Source of the DNA: an uncultured candidatus Porisulfidus sp.
GTDB lineage: Bacteria > Pseudomonadota > Gammaproteobacteria > Poriferisulfidales > Oxydemutatoraceae
Assembly: GCA_965215125.1 (NCBI GenBank)
Contig: OZ244052.1
Location: 1,792,001-1,856,000, forward strand
Reading direction: 5' to 3'
DNA length: 64,000 nt
The notes below the pieces were generated by a model. That model saw nothing but the letters and a program-made list of their open reading frames with translations. It did not search any database and had not been told where the DNA came from. Both the position numbers and the translations under genes were made by a program. This document shows, one piece after another, positions 10,771-20,878 of the stretch (positions are counted from its first letter, which is position 1; every line of letters begins with the position of its first letter).

Positions 10771-11988
10771 TTAGCGGTGTAATAGTTTAATCGCGAGCTT
10801 TACCTCTTCCAGAGTGTCGTTTGCAATATCACGGACCGCTTCGTTTTCTTCGGCGATTATTTTCTTGACGGTTGCTTTATCGTCTTCGTATTCCTTGGAA
10901 CGTTTGCGTATGGGTTCGGCTTCGGCTTGCACCGCTTCAATCAGTGGTTTTTTACATTCTAAGCAGCCGATACCGGCACTACGGCAACCGTCTTGTACCC
11001 ATTGTCGGGTTTTTTCATCGGAATATATAGTATGCCATTCCCATACCGGACATTTGGTAGGTTCGCCGGGATCTGTGCGCCGCTTTCTCGCCGGGTCGGT
11101 AGGCATAGTGCGTAATTTTTTTTCTATCATTTCGGGGGCTTCTCTTAATGCGATTGTGTTGCCGTAAGATTTAGACATTTTTTGACCGTCGGTACCGGGA
11201 ATTTTAGTTGCTCGAGTGAGTAAAACTTCCGGTTCCGGTAATATCAATTTTGAATGACCGTCTAAATAGCCGTAAAGCCGTTGGCGATCTCCGTAAGAGA
11301 TATTTTGCTGAGAGTCAACGAGTGCGACCGCGGTATCGTGTGCTTTGTCGTCTCCTTTTTCTTGGTGTTTGCGACGTAATTTGAGATAAAGTTCCGCGTT
11401 TTTTGTGCCTAATCGTTGAATTGCGTTTTCAACTTTCTCTTCAAAGTCGTTTTCGCAACCGTAGATATGATTAAAACGGCGAGCAATCTCGCGGGTTAGC
11501 TCTATATGTGCGACTTGATCTTCTCCGACCGGCACATAATTCGCCTTATATATCAAAATATCTGCAGCTTGTAGCAAAGGGTAGCCTAAGAAACCATGGG
11601 TCATCAAGTCCTTGTCGCCGAGTTTGGCTTGCTGGTCTTTATAGCTAGGCACGCGTTCAAGCCAAGACAGCGGGGTAATCATCGAAAGTAGTAGTTGTAA
11701 TTCGGCGTGTTCGGGGACTTGCGATTGTATAAACAACTTTGCATTGCCGGGGCTGATGCCGCACGCTAACCAATCGATGATCATCTGTAATGCGTATTCT
11801 TCTATGTGTTCGGTTTCGTCGTAATGTGTCGTGAGCGCGTGCCAGTCTGCGACAAAAAATAAGCAATCGTGAGTTAGCTGTAGCTCCAGCCAGTTTTTTA
11901 TAACACCGTGATAATGCCCTAGATGCAATGCACCGGTTGGGCGCATGCCGGATACAACTCGTTTAGCTTGTGTAGTCGAGATATTCAC
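10771..11988 (-). CDS. trpS: Tryptophan--tRNA ligase
   Basis: SGMRPTG.LHLGH, YPLLQAADI, VPVGEDQ, KMSKS. Confidence 0.96.
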   Translation of the reverse strand: MNISTTQAKRVVSGMRPTGALHLGHYHGVIKNWLELQLTHDCLFFVADWHALTTHYDETEHIEEYALQMIIDWLACGISPGNAKLFIQSQVPEHAELQLLLSMITPLSWLERVPSYKDQQAKLGDKDLMTHGFLGYPLLQAADILIYKANYVPVGEDQVAHIELTREIARRFNHIYGCENDFEEKVENAIQRLGTKNAELYLKLRRKHQEKGDDKAHDTAVALVDSQQNISYGDRQRLYGYLDGHSKLILPEPEVLLTRATKIPGTDGQKMSKSYGNTIALREAPEMIEKKLRTMPTDPARKRRTDPGEPTKCPVWEWHTIYSDEKTRQWVQDGCRSAGIGCLECKKPLIEAVQAEAEPIRKRSKEYEDDKATVKKIIAEENEAVRDIANDTLEEVKLAIKLLHR

Positions 11989-12010
11989 GTAGAATTGCCG
12001 CTCGCGTCAA

Positions 12011-12085
12011 TGGAGCGGGTGAAGGGAATCGAACCCTCCTTACCAGCTTGGGAAGCTGGAGTAATAACCACTATACGACACCCGC
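12011..12085 (-). tRNA. tRNA-Gly (anticodon CCC)
   Basis: Minus strand GCGGGTG...CCAGC-TT-CCC-AA-GCTGG...GGTTCGATTCC...CACCCGCTCCA; cloverleaf with encoded CCA. Confidence 0.96.
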
Positions 12086-12097
12086 TTTAATCACCGA

Positions 12098-12442
12098 TTA
12101 GATTTTTTCTTTTAGGCGCGCAGCTTTGCCGCTCAATTTTCGCAAATAATACAACTTGGCGCGTCGCACTTTGCCGTAGCGTTTTACTTTTACACTGCTG
12201 ACAAGCGGGCTGTAGGTTTGGAACACTCTCTCTACGCCTTCGCCGTGCGAGTTTTTTCTAACTGTAAAAGAGGAATTGAGGCCGCGGTTGCGTTTTGCGA
12301 TTACCACGCCTTCAAAAGCCTGTAGCCGTTTGCGATTACCCTCTTTGACTTCAACTTGAACAACGACGGTGTCGCCAGCCTGAAAATCGGGCAATTCCTT
12401 ATTGATTTGCTCTGCTTCTAGTTGCTCAATGATGTTGCTCAT
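12098..12442 (-). CDS. rplS: 50S ribosomal protein L19
   Basis: [31 protein letters not shown]. Confidence 0.98.
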   Translation of the reverse strand: MSNIIEQLEAEQINKELPDFQAGDTVVVQVEVKEGNRKRLQAFEGVVIAKRNRGLNSSFTVRKNSHGEGVERVFQTYSPLVSSVKVKRYGKVRRAKLYYLRKLSGKAARLKEKI

Positions 12443-13200
12443 TTTTTATTTCCTCCTGTTTCGTTATGGTCTTGTTTTGCTAAATAATCGTCTATTATAG
12501 CCTGTTCTTCGTCGTTTAAGGTATATTGCTTAAATAAATCGGGTCGCCTTTGCAAAGTCCTGATTAGCGATTGTTCTAATCGCCAATGCCTTATCGCTTG
12601 ATGATTGCCGCTCAATAAGACACTCGGCACTTGCAAACCTTCAAAATCGGCAGGACGCGTATAATGCGGATAATCCAGAAGTCCGTGCATAAAAGAATCT
12701 TGCTTTGCCGATTCCTGCTCCCCCAACACGCCTTCGTACTGGCGCGCAATTGCATCGATCAATACCATAATTGCCAATTCGCCTCCGCTGATTACATAAT
12801 CTCCGATAGACCACTCTTCGTCCATCTCCAGTTCTATCAGCCGTTCGTCAACACCTTCATAGCGGCCGGCAAGCAACACCAAACCGTCGCATTGAGCCAA
12901 ACGATTGATAGTTTGTTGATCTAGACAACGGCCTTGGGGACTCATATAGATAGTCTTATACGAACCTTTATGTTGTGCTTTAGCGTCACGCAAAGCACAA
13001 CATAAAGGCCGTGCCATCATCACCATACCGGGACCGCCACCGTACGGACGATCGTCTACCGTTGCATGCGCATCGTCGCTATAATCTCTGGGGTTCCAAT
13101 TTTGCAGTTGCAAAGTGCCGTTTTGAATGGCGCGCCCGACTACACCGCTTCGCAATGCTCCGAACATTTCCGGTAAAATTGAGATCGTATCTATCCTCAC
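12439..13200 (-). CDS. trmD: tRNA (guanine37-N1)-methyltransferase
   Basis: [38 protein letters not shown]. Confidence 0.97.
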   Translation of the reverse strand: MRIDTISILPEMFGALRSGVVGRAIQNGTLQLQNWNPRDYSDDAHATVDDRPYGGGPGMVMMARPLCCALRDAKAQHKGSYKTIYMSPQGRCLDQQTINRLAQCDGLVLLAGRYEGVDERLIELEMDEEWSIGDYVISGGELAIMVLIDAIARQYEGVLGEQESAKQDSFMHGLLDYPHYTRPADFEGLQVPSVLLSGNHQAIRHWRLEQSLIRTLQRRPDLFKQYTLNDEEQAIIDDYLAKQDHNETGGNKK

Positions 13201-13289
13201 CGCATTACGTTCTTTTGAGAAGTTTCAAATGGTTTTAGTTTATCGCACCGACACCAAGTATTCGGCATGATAAAGTGGGTAATCTGCTG

Positions 13290-13850
13290 TTACTTGCTGT
13301 CAGCTTTTTTATTTGCTTCAGGTGATTCGGGTGCTTGTGTCGGCGTTTCTGCATTGAGTGCGTCGCCGACATCCTCGGGCTTGGCTTCTGCTTCGGATGA
13401 GGCTGCTTGCTTTTCTTCCTTTGTGTTTTCCGGTTTATCTTCTAATTCCAATTTTGCTTGTGTTTCCGGTTTTGATTCCTCCGAAGGTTGTTCAATCTTT
13501 GCAGTCGCTTCCGTTTCTGGAGACGGTTCGCTTTCGGTCGCAGTAGCTTTAGGACTTTTTGTTGTGTCGGCAGCGGTTTTTTGAGCTTTTTCTTTTATAG
13601 CGAATTTCCCTTTTTCCAACTTTGAGACAATGGAAGAAACACGCAGCGATGATTTGGCACCCTTAGAAATCCAATAATCAAATCGATCTCGGTTCAGTAG
13701 CACCGGGATCTCGTCTTTAACGGCAAAAGGATTGAAATAACCGAGTCTCTCCAGATAGCCGCTATCGCGCCGCCGCCTAGAATCGGTTACTACAATATGA
13801 TAAAAAGGATGCTTTTTTGCACCACCTCTAGCAAGTCTTACAACTATCAT
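13290..13850 (-). CDS. rpsP: 30S ribosomal protein S16 with long acidic C-terminal extension
   Basis: VRLARGGAKKHPFYHIVVTDSR...ERLGYFNP; last ~100 aa rich in E/A/K/T/P. Confidence 0.93.
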   Translation of the reverse strand: MIVVRLARGGAKKHPFYHIVVTDSRRRRDSGYLERLGYFNPFAVKDEIPVLLNRDRFDYWISKGAKSSLRVSSIVSKLEKGKFAIKEKAQKTAADTTKSPKATATESEPSPETEATAKIEQPSEESKPETQAKLELEDKPENTKEEKQAASSEAEAKPEDVGDALNAETPTQAPESPEANKKADSK

Positions 13851-13915
13851 GTACGTTTCATAGAAAATAAAAGAAGGTTATTCTAATCTATTTTGGGATT
13901 ATATCCAAGGTACTA

Positions 13916-14215
13916 CCGCCACTTGTTGCAGTAGCACAAGTGGCGTGACTTTGTGCAGAACCTTAACATTGGAATGTAGGTCGGACAGCTATGGCTTGTC
14001 CTTACAAGTGCAAAGCGGCAAAAGCGTGCAAATCCGATACTTTTTATAACGGGATGTGTTTAATTTCCGGTCTTTTCACGGAACCGACGACCGCCGATTG
14101 AGCTTGTAGGGGCGGACTCATATGTCCGCCCTAAAGTTTAGTACTTGCACGACTCCAATCGCTTTGCGCCATTTGTTTTTGGTTTCCATAAATTGGATGG
14201 ATGAATGTATTAATT
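13916..14215. repeat. Composite copy of intergenic hairpin repeat family
   Basis: 13916-14018 matches 62957-63059; 14106-14210 is the reverse complement of ~55826-55926; contains GTAGGGGCGGAC-N6-GTCCGCCC hairpin. Confidence 0.85.
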
Positions 14216-14280
14216 ATGCGAGAGCAACGCGTTATGGGAAGAACAGAACCGCCGCTTGTGTTGGCGGGAGGCAAACGACA

Positions 14281-15222
14281 TTACTTTGTTTCGGTATCAA
14301 CGGGGTAGGGCATCTCTTCCGTTTGCAATGCGATGGTTTGATCGCCTTGGGTTTTGATATAGAGTCGGGGAGGGGTTAAGGTTTTAACTTGTACGCTGAT
14401 AAGGGCAAGGGAATAGTCGGAGGTTGTCGCGTAACTGTCTACCACCAACCCACAGGCCTCGTCGTAATCGGGATGATAGACGGGGTCTCCGACTTTTATA
14501 GTGTCGCTTGCAACAGAAAATAAATAACAGCGGCGTTTTATCTTTCCTAGATAGTGCGTGCGTGCAATGACTTCTTGCCCGGGATAACATCCTTTGGAGA
14601 AACTCACTGCGTCTATCAGGTCTAGGTTGACCATTTGTGGTGTCAGTTTTTCGATTGTCGGCGTATAGATGTTCGGTATTCCGCAAGCGATACTTGCGTA
14701 GTGCCATGCGTCGTACGAGGCGGGTGCATAGCCGTCATCCAACCCGCGTTGCCATGCCGCTCGTATTCGGTCGGTGCTTGTATAAATGAAATAACGAGGC
14801 AAATGACCCGGTGCTTGCAATATCGTATCGTCGTCCTCTACTCTCGGGGGAATGAAACCGATATAGCCTATGCCGGATAAATCGTTCCCGACATCGGTGA
14901 GTTCAACTTTTGATGTCAATACATACATCTTTAGGCGTTGCATTGTCGGTTCCACCAGCTCGGACGGCATTTGTAGATAGATAGCGTCGTCTCGATAAAA
15001 AACATTAAAACAGGCGAGGATGCGCCCTTTGGGATTACATAGCGAGCACAGCTGAGCGTGTTTCTTGTGCGATTCCAGTTTGCAACTGACTAGTTTGCTT
15101 AAAAATTCCTCTGCTTCCGCTCCGCCGACACGCAACAGACCTAATCGGTCTAAGAGACAAATTGTTTTAGGCAGGTTTTGTAGCCACGAACGGTCGGGTG
15201 TTTTTAATTCGGGATTGTTCAT
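14281..15222 (-). CDS. ygfZ: Folate-binding Fe/S cluster repair protein
   Basis: Signature VSFSKGCYPGQEVIARTHY; N-terminal GcvT-like region. Confidence 0.92.
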   Translation of the reverse strand: MNNPELKTPDRSWLQNLPKTICLLDRLGLLRVGGAEAEEFLSKLVSCKLESHKKHAQLCSLCNPKGRILACFNVFYRDDAIYLQMPSELVEPTMQRLKMYVLTSKVELTDVGNDLSGIGYIGFIPPRVEDDDTILQAPGHLPRYFIYTSTDRIRAAWQRGLDDGYAPASYDAWHYASIACGIPNIYTPTIEKLTPQMVNLDLIDAVSFSKGCYPGQEVIARTHYLGKIKRRCYLFSVASDTIKVGDPVYHPDYDEACGLVVDSYATTSDYSLALISVQVKTLTPPRLYIKTQGDQTIALQTEEMPYPVDTETK

Positions 15223-15239
15223 TGTGTATCATATTGGTG

Positions 15240-18074
15240 CTAGTTATTGTCCTCTAGCGAGGCGAGTTGAGCATTATATTTTCCTAGTTGCACTTTCATT
15301 GTTTGCAAGGTTGCTTTTTGTTTCCCGACAACATCGGGAGGTGCGTTGTTGATAAAATTCTGATCATTAATTCTCGCTTGTAGTTTTGCTATAGACTGAG
15401 AAATTTTGACACTTTCGTTTTTCAATCGCTTTTGTTCCGCTTCAACATCGATTAATCCTTCTATGGGGATTAGCACTTTGACTTCATTGACGAGCATCGT
15501 CGCACTGGGTGGCGGTTGTGCGGTGTCTTCCAGATATTCTACAGCGGTTATTTTTGCTAAAGCGTTGATGATTTCTCCGTATTGTTCAAAAAGCAAACGA
15601 TCGCGTTCGCTATATCCTTGTATTAGAACCGGCACTTTAATCGCCGGTGAGATATTCATCTCGGAGCGTACTTGGCGTATAGAACTTACATAACTCTGTA
15701 GCAAAGTTATGGTTTGCACCGCCGATTTGTCTTGATAATCCGGTAATTCGGGATAGCTTTGCGTTTGTATACTGTCGCCGGTATCGCCGGTCAATGGTTT
15801 AATCTGATGCCATATTTCTTCGGTGATAAAAGGAATAATCGGGTGTAGTGCTTTGAGTATATGGTTGAGCGTCGTAATCAGGCAAGCGAGGTTGCTTTCT
15901 TTGATTTCGAGTTTCGCATCGCTTGCTTGTATCAGTTTGACTATTTCTAAATACCAATCACAAAAATCGTGCCACACAAACTCGTACAGCAGCGAAGCTA
16001 TTAAATCAAAACGGCAAGTTTTATAGTGTTGCTTAATCTTTTGTAGTGTTCGCACTAGGCGTATTTGTATCCATCGATCCGGTTCCGAGTATTGTTCAAA
16101 ACGATAAGCATCGTTTGTGTTCGGATTCGGCGTTGTGTCTTCACAAAGCATGGTTGTAAATCGCGCTGCGTTCCAGAGTTTGTTGCAGAAATTGCGGTAG
16201 CCTTCCAGACGTTGGGTATCAAACCTAATATCGCGCCCGGTCGATGCCATTGCGGTGAACATAAAGCGCAACGCATCGGTGCCGTACGCCTCGATGCCTT
16301 GCGGGTATTGCTTTTTGGTATCCCGTTCTATCTGACCGGCGAGCTTCGGCTGCATCAAGTTGGCAGTGCGCTTGTTAATCAGTTCATCTAATGAAATACC
16401 TGCTATCAGGTCAATGGGATCTAATATATTGCCTTTGGATTTAGACATCTTTTGCCCTTTGGCATCTCTAACCAGGCCGTGAACATACACTTCTTTGAAA
16501 GGCACCTGTTCGGTGAGTTCTATGCTTGCCATAACCATGCGCGCAACCCAAAAGAAAATAATATCAAAGCCGGTGACCAATATATCGGTCGGGAAATAGT
16601 GTTTGAGTTCGGGATTTTTGTGCGGCCACCCTAAGGTGGAGAACGGCCATAGGGCGGATGAGAACCAAGTATCCAATACATCTTCGTCTTGCTTTAGTGT
16701 CAATCCTGCCTTTAAGTTATAGCGTTTGCGTACATCCGCTTCCGAGTGTCCTACATAGATAGTGCCGCAGTCGTCGTACCAAACCGGAATACGGTGCCCC
16801 CACCAGAGTTGGCGACTGATACACCAATCTTGTATTTGTTCCAGCCATGAGAAATAGGTTTGTTGCCATCGCTCGGGGATAAATCGTATCTTCTTTGTTT
16901 GCACCGCCCTAACGGCAGCTTGTGCCATGCTATCGGTGCGCACAAACCATTGTTCGGTCAACAACGGTTCAATGACACTATGGCTACGATCGCCGCGCGG
17001 TATAGGCATACGATAGTGCTTTACTTGCGAAAGCAAGTTTAGTTCGTCAAGGTCGGCAAGGACTCTAGCACGCCCATCGTAGCGTTCTAATCCTTGGTAG
17101 GCCTCGGGCACCTGGTCGTTCAGATAAGCCCGTTTGTCAAAGATGTTGATCGCATCGAAGTTTTGCTCGTCGCCGGTTTCTATGATATTCGGATCCGAAG
17201 ATCTATGCAGCCCATGTCTTTTGCCTATTTCGTAGTCGTTGAAATCGTGCGCCGGAGTGATTTTCACGCAGCCCGACCCGAACTCCGGGTCTACGTGTGT
17301 ATCGGCGATGATCGGAATCTTGCGCGATGTTAACGGTAGGTTGATGAGGTGCCCGATCAGGTGCCGATAACGTGGATCTTCGGGATTAACGGCAACCGCC
17401 ATATCACCCAGCATGGTTTCCGGGCGGGTGGTAGCAACGATAACATGGTCATTTTTATCTACAGGCTCACTTAGCGGGTATTTTAGATACCAGAGCTTTC
17501 CCGCTTCTTCTTCGGTGACAACTTCTAGGTCGGAAACCGCGGTTTGTAGCACCGGATCCCAGTTAACCAGACGTTTTCCTTTGTAAATTAGACCTCTTTT
17601 GTAAAGAATTATAAAGGCTTCGCGAACCGCATGCGATAGGTTTTCGTCCATCGTAAAACATTCTCTCGACCAGTCGGGTGATGCCCCGAGTCTTCTGAGT
17701 TGTTGAGTGATTTGGTTACCGGATTCGCGTTTCCATTCCCACACCTGTGCGATGAATTCTTCGCGTTTTAATTCGTTACGCTTGATGCCTAGGTTTTCCA
17801 GTCTCCGTTCTACGACCATTTGGGTCGCGATACCGGCGTGGTCGGTGCCGACTTGCCACAGTACGTTTTCGCCCAGCATGCGGTGGTAGCGTACAAGGTT
17901 GTCCATCAGGCTGATTTGGAATGCATGCCCCATATGCAACACACCGGTTACATTGGGCGGTGGTATCATGATGCAGTAGGGTTCACCATCGCCTTGCGGT
18001 TCAAAAACACCGGATACTTCCCATTGTCGATACCGGTGTTGTTCAATTTGTTGTGGGTTATATATTTTTTCCAT
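15240..18074 (-). CDS. valS: Valine--tRNA ligase
   Basis: PPPNVTG.LHMGH, DWCISRQLWWGH, KMSKS, C-terminal coiled coil. Confidence 0.98.
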   Translation of the reverse strand: MEKIYNPQQIEQHRYRQWEVSGVFEPQGDGEPYCIMIPPPNVTGVLHMGHAFQISLMDNLVRYHRMLGENVLWQVGTDHAGIATQMVVERRLENLGIKRNELKREEFIAQVWEWKRESGNQITQQLRRLGASPDWSRECFTMDENLSHAVREAFIILYKRGLIYKGKRLVNWDPVLQTAVSDLEVVTEEEAGKLWYLKYPLSEPVDKNDHVIVATTRPETMLGDMAVAVNPEDPRYRHLIGHLINLPLTSRKIPIIADTHVDPEFGSGCVKITPAHDFNDYEIGKRHGLHRSSDPNIIETGDEQNFDAINIFDKRAYLNDQVPEAYQGLERYDGRARVLADLDELNLLSQVKHYRMPIPRGDRSHSVIEPLLTEQWFVRTDSMAQAAVRAVQTKKIRFIPERWQQTYFSWLEQIQDWCISRQLWWGHRIPVWYDDCGTIYVGHSEADVRKRYNLKAGLTLKQDEDVLDTWFSSALWPFSTLGWPHKNPELKHYFPTDILVTGFDIIFFWVARMVMASIELTEQVPFKEVYVHGLVRDAKGQKMSKSKGNILDPIDLIAGISLDELINKRTANLMQPKLAGQIERDTKKQYPQGIEAYGTDALRFMFTAMASTGRDIRFDTQRLEGYRNFCNKLWNAARFTTMLCEDTTPNPNTNDAYRFEQYSEPDRWIQIRLVRTLQKIKQHYKTCRFDLIASLLYEFVWHDFCDWYLEIVKLIQASDAKLEIKESNLACLITTLNHILKALHPIIPFITEEIWHQIKPLTGDTGDSIQTQSYPELPDYQDKSAVQTITLLQSYVSSIRQVRSEMNISPAIKVPVLIQGYSERDRLLFEQYGEIINALAKITAVEYLEDTAQPPPSATMLVNEVKVLIPIEGLIDVEAEQKRLKNESVKISQSIAKLQARINDQNFINNAPPDVVGKQKATLQTMKVQLGKYNAQLASLEDNN

Positions 18075-18088
18075 AGGGTTGTGGATGT

Positions 18089-18222
18089 GGGGCTGTTGAA
18101 AAATAGAACTGTCGATTACTCCGGTAGGTCAATCGGCGTAAAATTGTGCAGAACCACGATGTAAATTACGAAATGTAGGGGCGGACTTATATGTCCGCCC
18201 TACGGTGTATGAAATACTTTTT
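18089..18222. repeat. Intergenic repeat with REP-like hairpin
   Basis: Begins GGGGCTGTTGAAAAA; GTAGGGGCGGAC-TTATAT-GTCCGCCCTAC at 18175-18203; 18198-18221 is the reverse complement of ~55717-55741. Confidence 0.8.
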
Positions 18223-18247
18223 TAATCGTGACATCTAAACCCTGAGA

Positions 18248-19732
18248 CTAACCGGATTTGCTATGGGAAATTAAAAATTGGGTAAGTAGCGGCACCGGAC
18301 GACCGGTTGATCCTTTTTTAGCACCGGTGAACCATGCCACACCGGCAACATCCAAATGTGCCCATCGCTGTTCTTTGGTGAAGCGCGATAAAAAGCACGC
18401 TGCGGTAATCGTCCCTGCCCATCGTCCGCCTATGTTTGCCATATCGGCAAAATTGCTATCGATTTGAGGTTGGTATTCGTCCCACAGCGGTAGTTGCCAA
18501 GTAGAATCTCCCGATTCCTTGCCCGCTTCGATTAATTTATCGGCAAGGGCTTGGTCGTTCGCCATCAGGCCGCTTGTTACTTGTCCCAGAGCAACGACAC
18601 AAGCTCCGGTGAGTGTGGCAATATCTATGATACATTCGGGCTTATAGCGTTGCACATAGGTTAAGGCATCGCATAATACCAATCTGCCTTCGGCGTCGGT
18701 ATTCAAAATCTCTACGGTTTGCCCGGACATCGTTTTGACTATGTCGCCGGGTTTGCTCGCCTTGCCGCCCGGCATATTCTCCGCACATGCGAGTACACCG
18801 ACAACATTGATCGGCAAGCCTAAGCGTACGCAAAAAGCCATCGTACCCAAAACACTGCCGGCACCGCTCATATCAAATTTCATCTCGTCCATCGCCGAAC
18901 TCGGCTTAATAGAGATACCGCCGGTGTCAAAAGTGATCCCTTTGCCTACGATAGCGACAGGTGCCTTGCTTTTGGCAGCACCGCGATACTCTATGCAGAC
19001 GATATAGCCGGGCTCGGCACTTCCCTGACTGACCGATAAAAATGCCCCCATTCCCATACGCGCCATATCTTTTTCCTGTAACACACGCAGATGCAGTTTT
19101 TTTGAACTGCGTACCAGCTTTCTCGCTTGTTGCACTATGTAGGCGGGAGTACAGGTATTCGGTGGTAAATTACCCAGCTCACGAGCGAGGTTCATACCGT
19201 GCGCTATAGCATCGGCTTCTTTGACCGCTCGCCTCGTTTCGGTATTTTCCTCGGAGACTTGAAAAGTACAACGTTCTAGGTTGATTTTTTTATTTTTGTC
19301 GGAACTTCGTGTTGCGGTATAGCGATAGCAAGCTCGATGTAATGCGAGTGCCGACTGGCGCAAGCACCATGCGTGGTTAAGACTGCGGCTAGGTATTTCG
19401 GGTAAGCAATATAAAACCGATTTGAGATTAAGTTTAACGATCTGTTCGGCAATACTCGAGGCGATTTGGTTCAAGCGATTTTGATTGAATTTAGCTTTGG
19501 TTCCCAATCCCACTAAAATAATTGTTTTGTGCCGGGTCTGGGGTGCATGCACGACCAGCTGTTTTTTGAACTTCGGCACAAAAGCCGTATGGGCTACGGT
19601 TTTTTTCAGAAAGCCGTCGCTCACCTCGTCTATTTGGGCGTATACTTTGGATTTACTTTTCTCAAAAAGTGGTATAACAGTACATTGACTATATAATTTG
19701 CTAATATCTTTGGAAGTAGTAATAATTTGCAT
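18248..19732 (-). CDS. pepA: Leucyl aminopeptidase (M17)
   Basis: VGKGITFDTGG, MKFDMSG, NTDAEGRL, IATLTGA; start set at MQIIT (19732), upstream ATGs possible. Confidence 0.95.
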   Translation of the reverse strand: MQIITTSKDISKLYSQCTVIPLFEKSKSKVYAQIDEVSDGFLKKTVAHTAFVPKFKKQLVVHAPQTRHKTIILVGLGTKAKFNQNRLNQIASSIAEQIVKLNLKSVLYCLPEIPSRSLNHAWCLRQSALALHRACYRYTATRSSDKNKKINLERCTFQVSEENTETRRAVKEADAIAHGMNLARELGNLPPNTCTPAYIVQQARKLVRSSKKLHLRVLQEKDMARMGMGAFLSVSQGSAEPGYIVCIEYRGAAKSKAPVAIVGKGITFDTGGISIKPSSAMDEMKFDMSGAGSVLGTMAFCVRLGLPINVVGVLACAENMPGGKASKPGDIVKTMSGQTVEILNTDAEGRLVLCDALTYVQRYKPECIIDIATLTGACVVALGQVTSGLMANDQALADKLIEAGKESGDSTWQLPLWDEYQPQIDSNFADMANIGGRWAGTITAACFLSRFTKEQRWAHLDVAGVAWFTGAKKGSTGRPVPLLTQFLISHSKSG

Positions 19733-19806
19733 TTTTGACCTCTCTATGTTGATGGACATTCCGACTATTTTACCCGATGACTGCATAGGCTTTGTAGTAA
19801 TTTGCG

Positions 19807-20865
19807 ATGAAAGTTTTTGAATATTATCTATTTCGCAATCTGCTCAAAAGCCTATTTTTGGTCATTTTCATTTTGGTATTGATTATCGGGGGGCGTTTGC
19901 TGATTGAATTGTCGTCTAAAGCCGCGCAGGGTTCTTATCCTGCCGACATCGTATCGGTACTTCTAGCCTTAGGGCTTGCCGATACGATGATTCATTTACT
20001 TCCTTTTTGTGCATTGCTCGCAATTATCCTTGCGCTCGGAAATCTATATCAAAATAACGAAATCTATGCAGCTTATACGATTTGTATTAGCAAGTCCGAT
20101 ATCTATCGGGTATTGCTACGGTTCGTAGTGCCGCTGAGCGCATTACTGTTTTATCTGGTACTTGAGATAGTGCCTATTATACAGCAACATATTGATTTCA
20201 TTAAACAGGAGGCTCACCAACGAACCGATTTAAGTGTAGTCAAGGATGGTTCTATAAGCCGTATAGATCAAGGTGTGCTGTTTGTAGAACAAGTACGAAA
20301 TAACGAGCTTAAGGGTGTATTCGTTGCGCTCGAAGACGAGGAACAACTGACTATAACAACGGCGGAGCAGGGAAAGCAGACCCGGGATAAAACGGGGGTT
20401 AAGCAGTTATATTTGGAAAGCGGCGATTTTTATAGGAGCTATGCGAGTACCGCTCATGAAGTTTCTTTTTATACCGTTGATTATAAAAGCCACCGCATAC
20501 AACTGCCCGAGCAAGAAATACGGCCGAGAAATTATAATCCCGAGAGTTTTGATTTTTTGACGCTTTGGCATGCGGATAGTTTGGAAGCACAAGCCGAATT
20601 GCAAATGCGCCTATCAATACCTCTGGTGCTACTGGTGTTGCTACCGTTTGTGGAATGGTTGAGCCGTTCTTCGCCCAAGCGTTATAGACAACAAGCCAAA
20701 CTCGCACTGGGTATCGTCGTGTTCTTGGTTTATTCGAATTTGGCAATATTGATGAGTAGCTTTATAGAAAGCGGACAGTTGCCGACGGCAATCGGCGTTT
20801 GGCCCTTACACCTTATGGTATTTCTTGTTGCCGTTGTCTTGGCAGCGCGGCGAGATGTTTATTGA
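19807..20865 (+). CDS. lptF: LPS export ABC transporter permease LptF
   Basis: 3 TM + periplasmic domain + AELQMRLSIPL + 3 TM; divergent from pepA as in the usual gammaproteobacterial locus. Confidence 0.85.
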   Translation: MKVFEYYLFRNLLKSLFLVIFILVLIIGGRLLIELSSKAAQGSYPADIVSVLLALGLADTMIHLLPFCALLAIILALGNLYQNNEIYAAYTICISKSDIYRVLLRFVVPLSALLFYLVLEIVPIIQQHIDFIKQEAHQRTDLSVVKDGSISRIDQGVLFVEQVRNNELKGVFVALEDEEQLTITTAEQGKQTRDKTGVKQLYLESGDFYRSYASTAHEVSFYTVDYKSHRIQLPEQEIRPRNYNPESFDFLTLWHADSLEAQAELQMRLSIPLVLLVLLPFVEWLSRSSPKRYRQQAKLALGIVVFLVYSNLAILMSSFIESGQLPTAIGVWPLHLMVFLVAVVLAARRDVY

Positions 20866-20878
20866 TGTGATGCATGCC

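Noticed and set aside
11230-11460. Insertion of about 70 aa in TrpS
   Set aside because: Resembles the longer proteobacterial TrpS subtype; no intein hallmarks (no N-terminal Cys with C-terminal His-Asn).
12011-12085. tRNA-Gly as an integration site for an island
   Set aside because: Flanked directly by rplS and trpS; no duplicated tRNA 3' end noticed in the window.
14122-14379. Short ORFs over repeats (14122-14379, 55624-55818, 55862-56047, 392-574) and the many antisense ORFs inside housekeeping genes
   Set aside because: No recognisable motifs; they overlap non-coding repeats or are shadows of well-supported genes.
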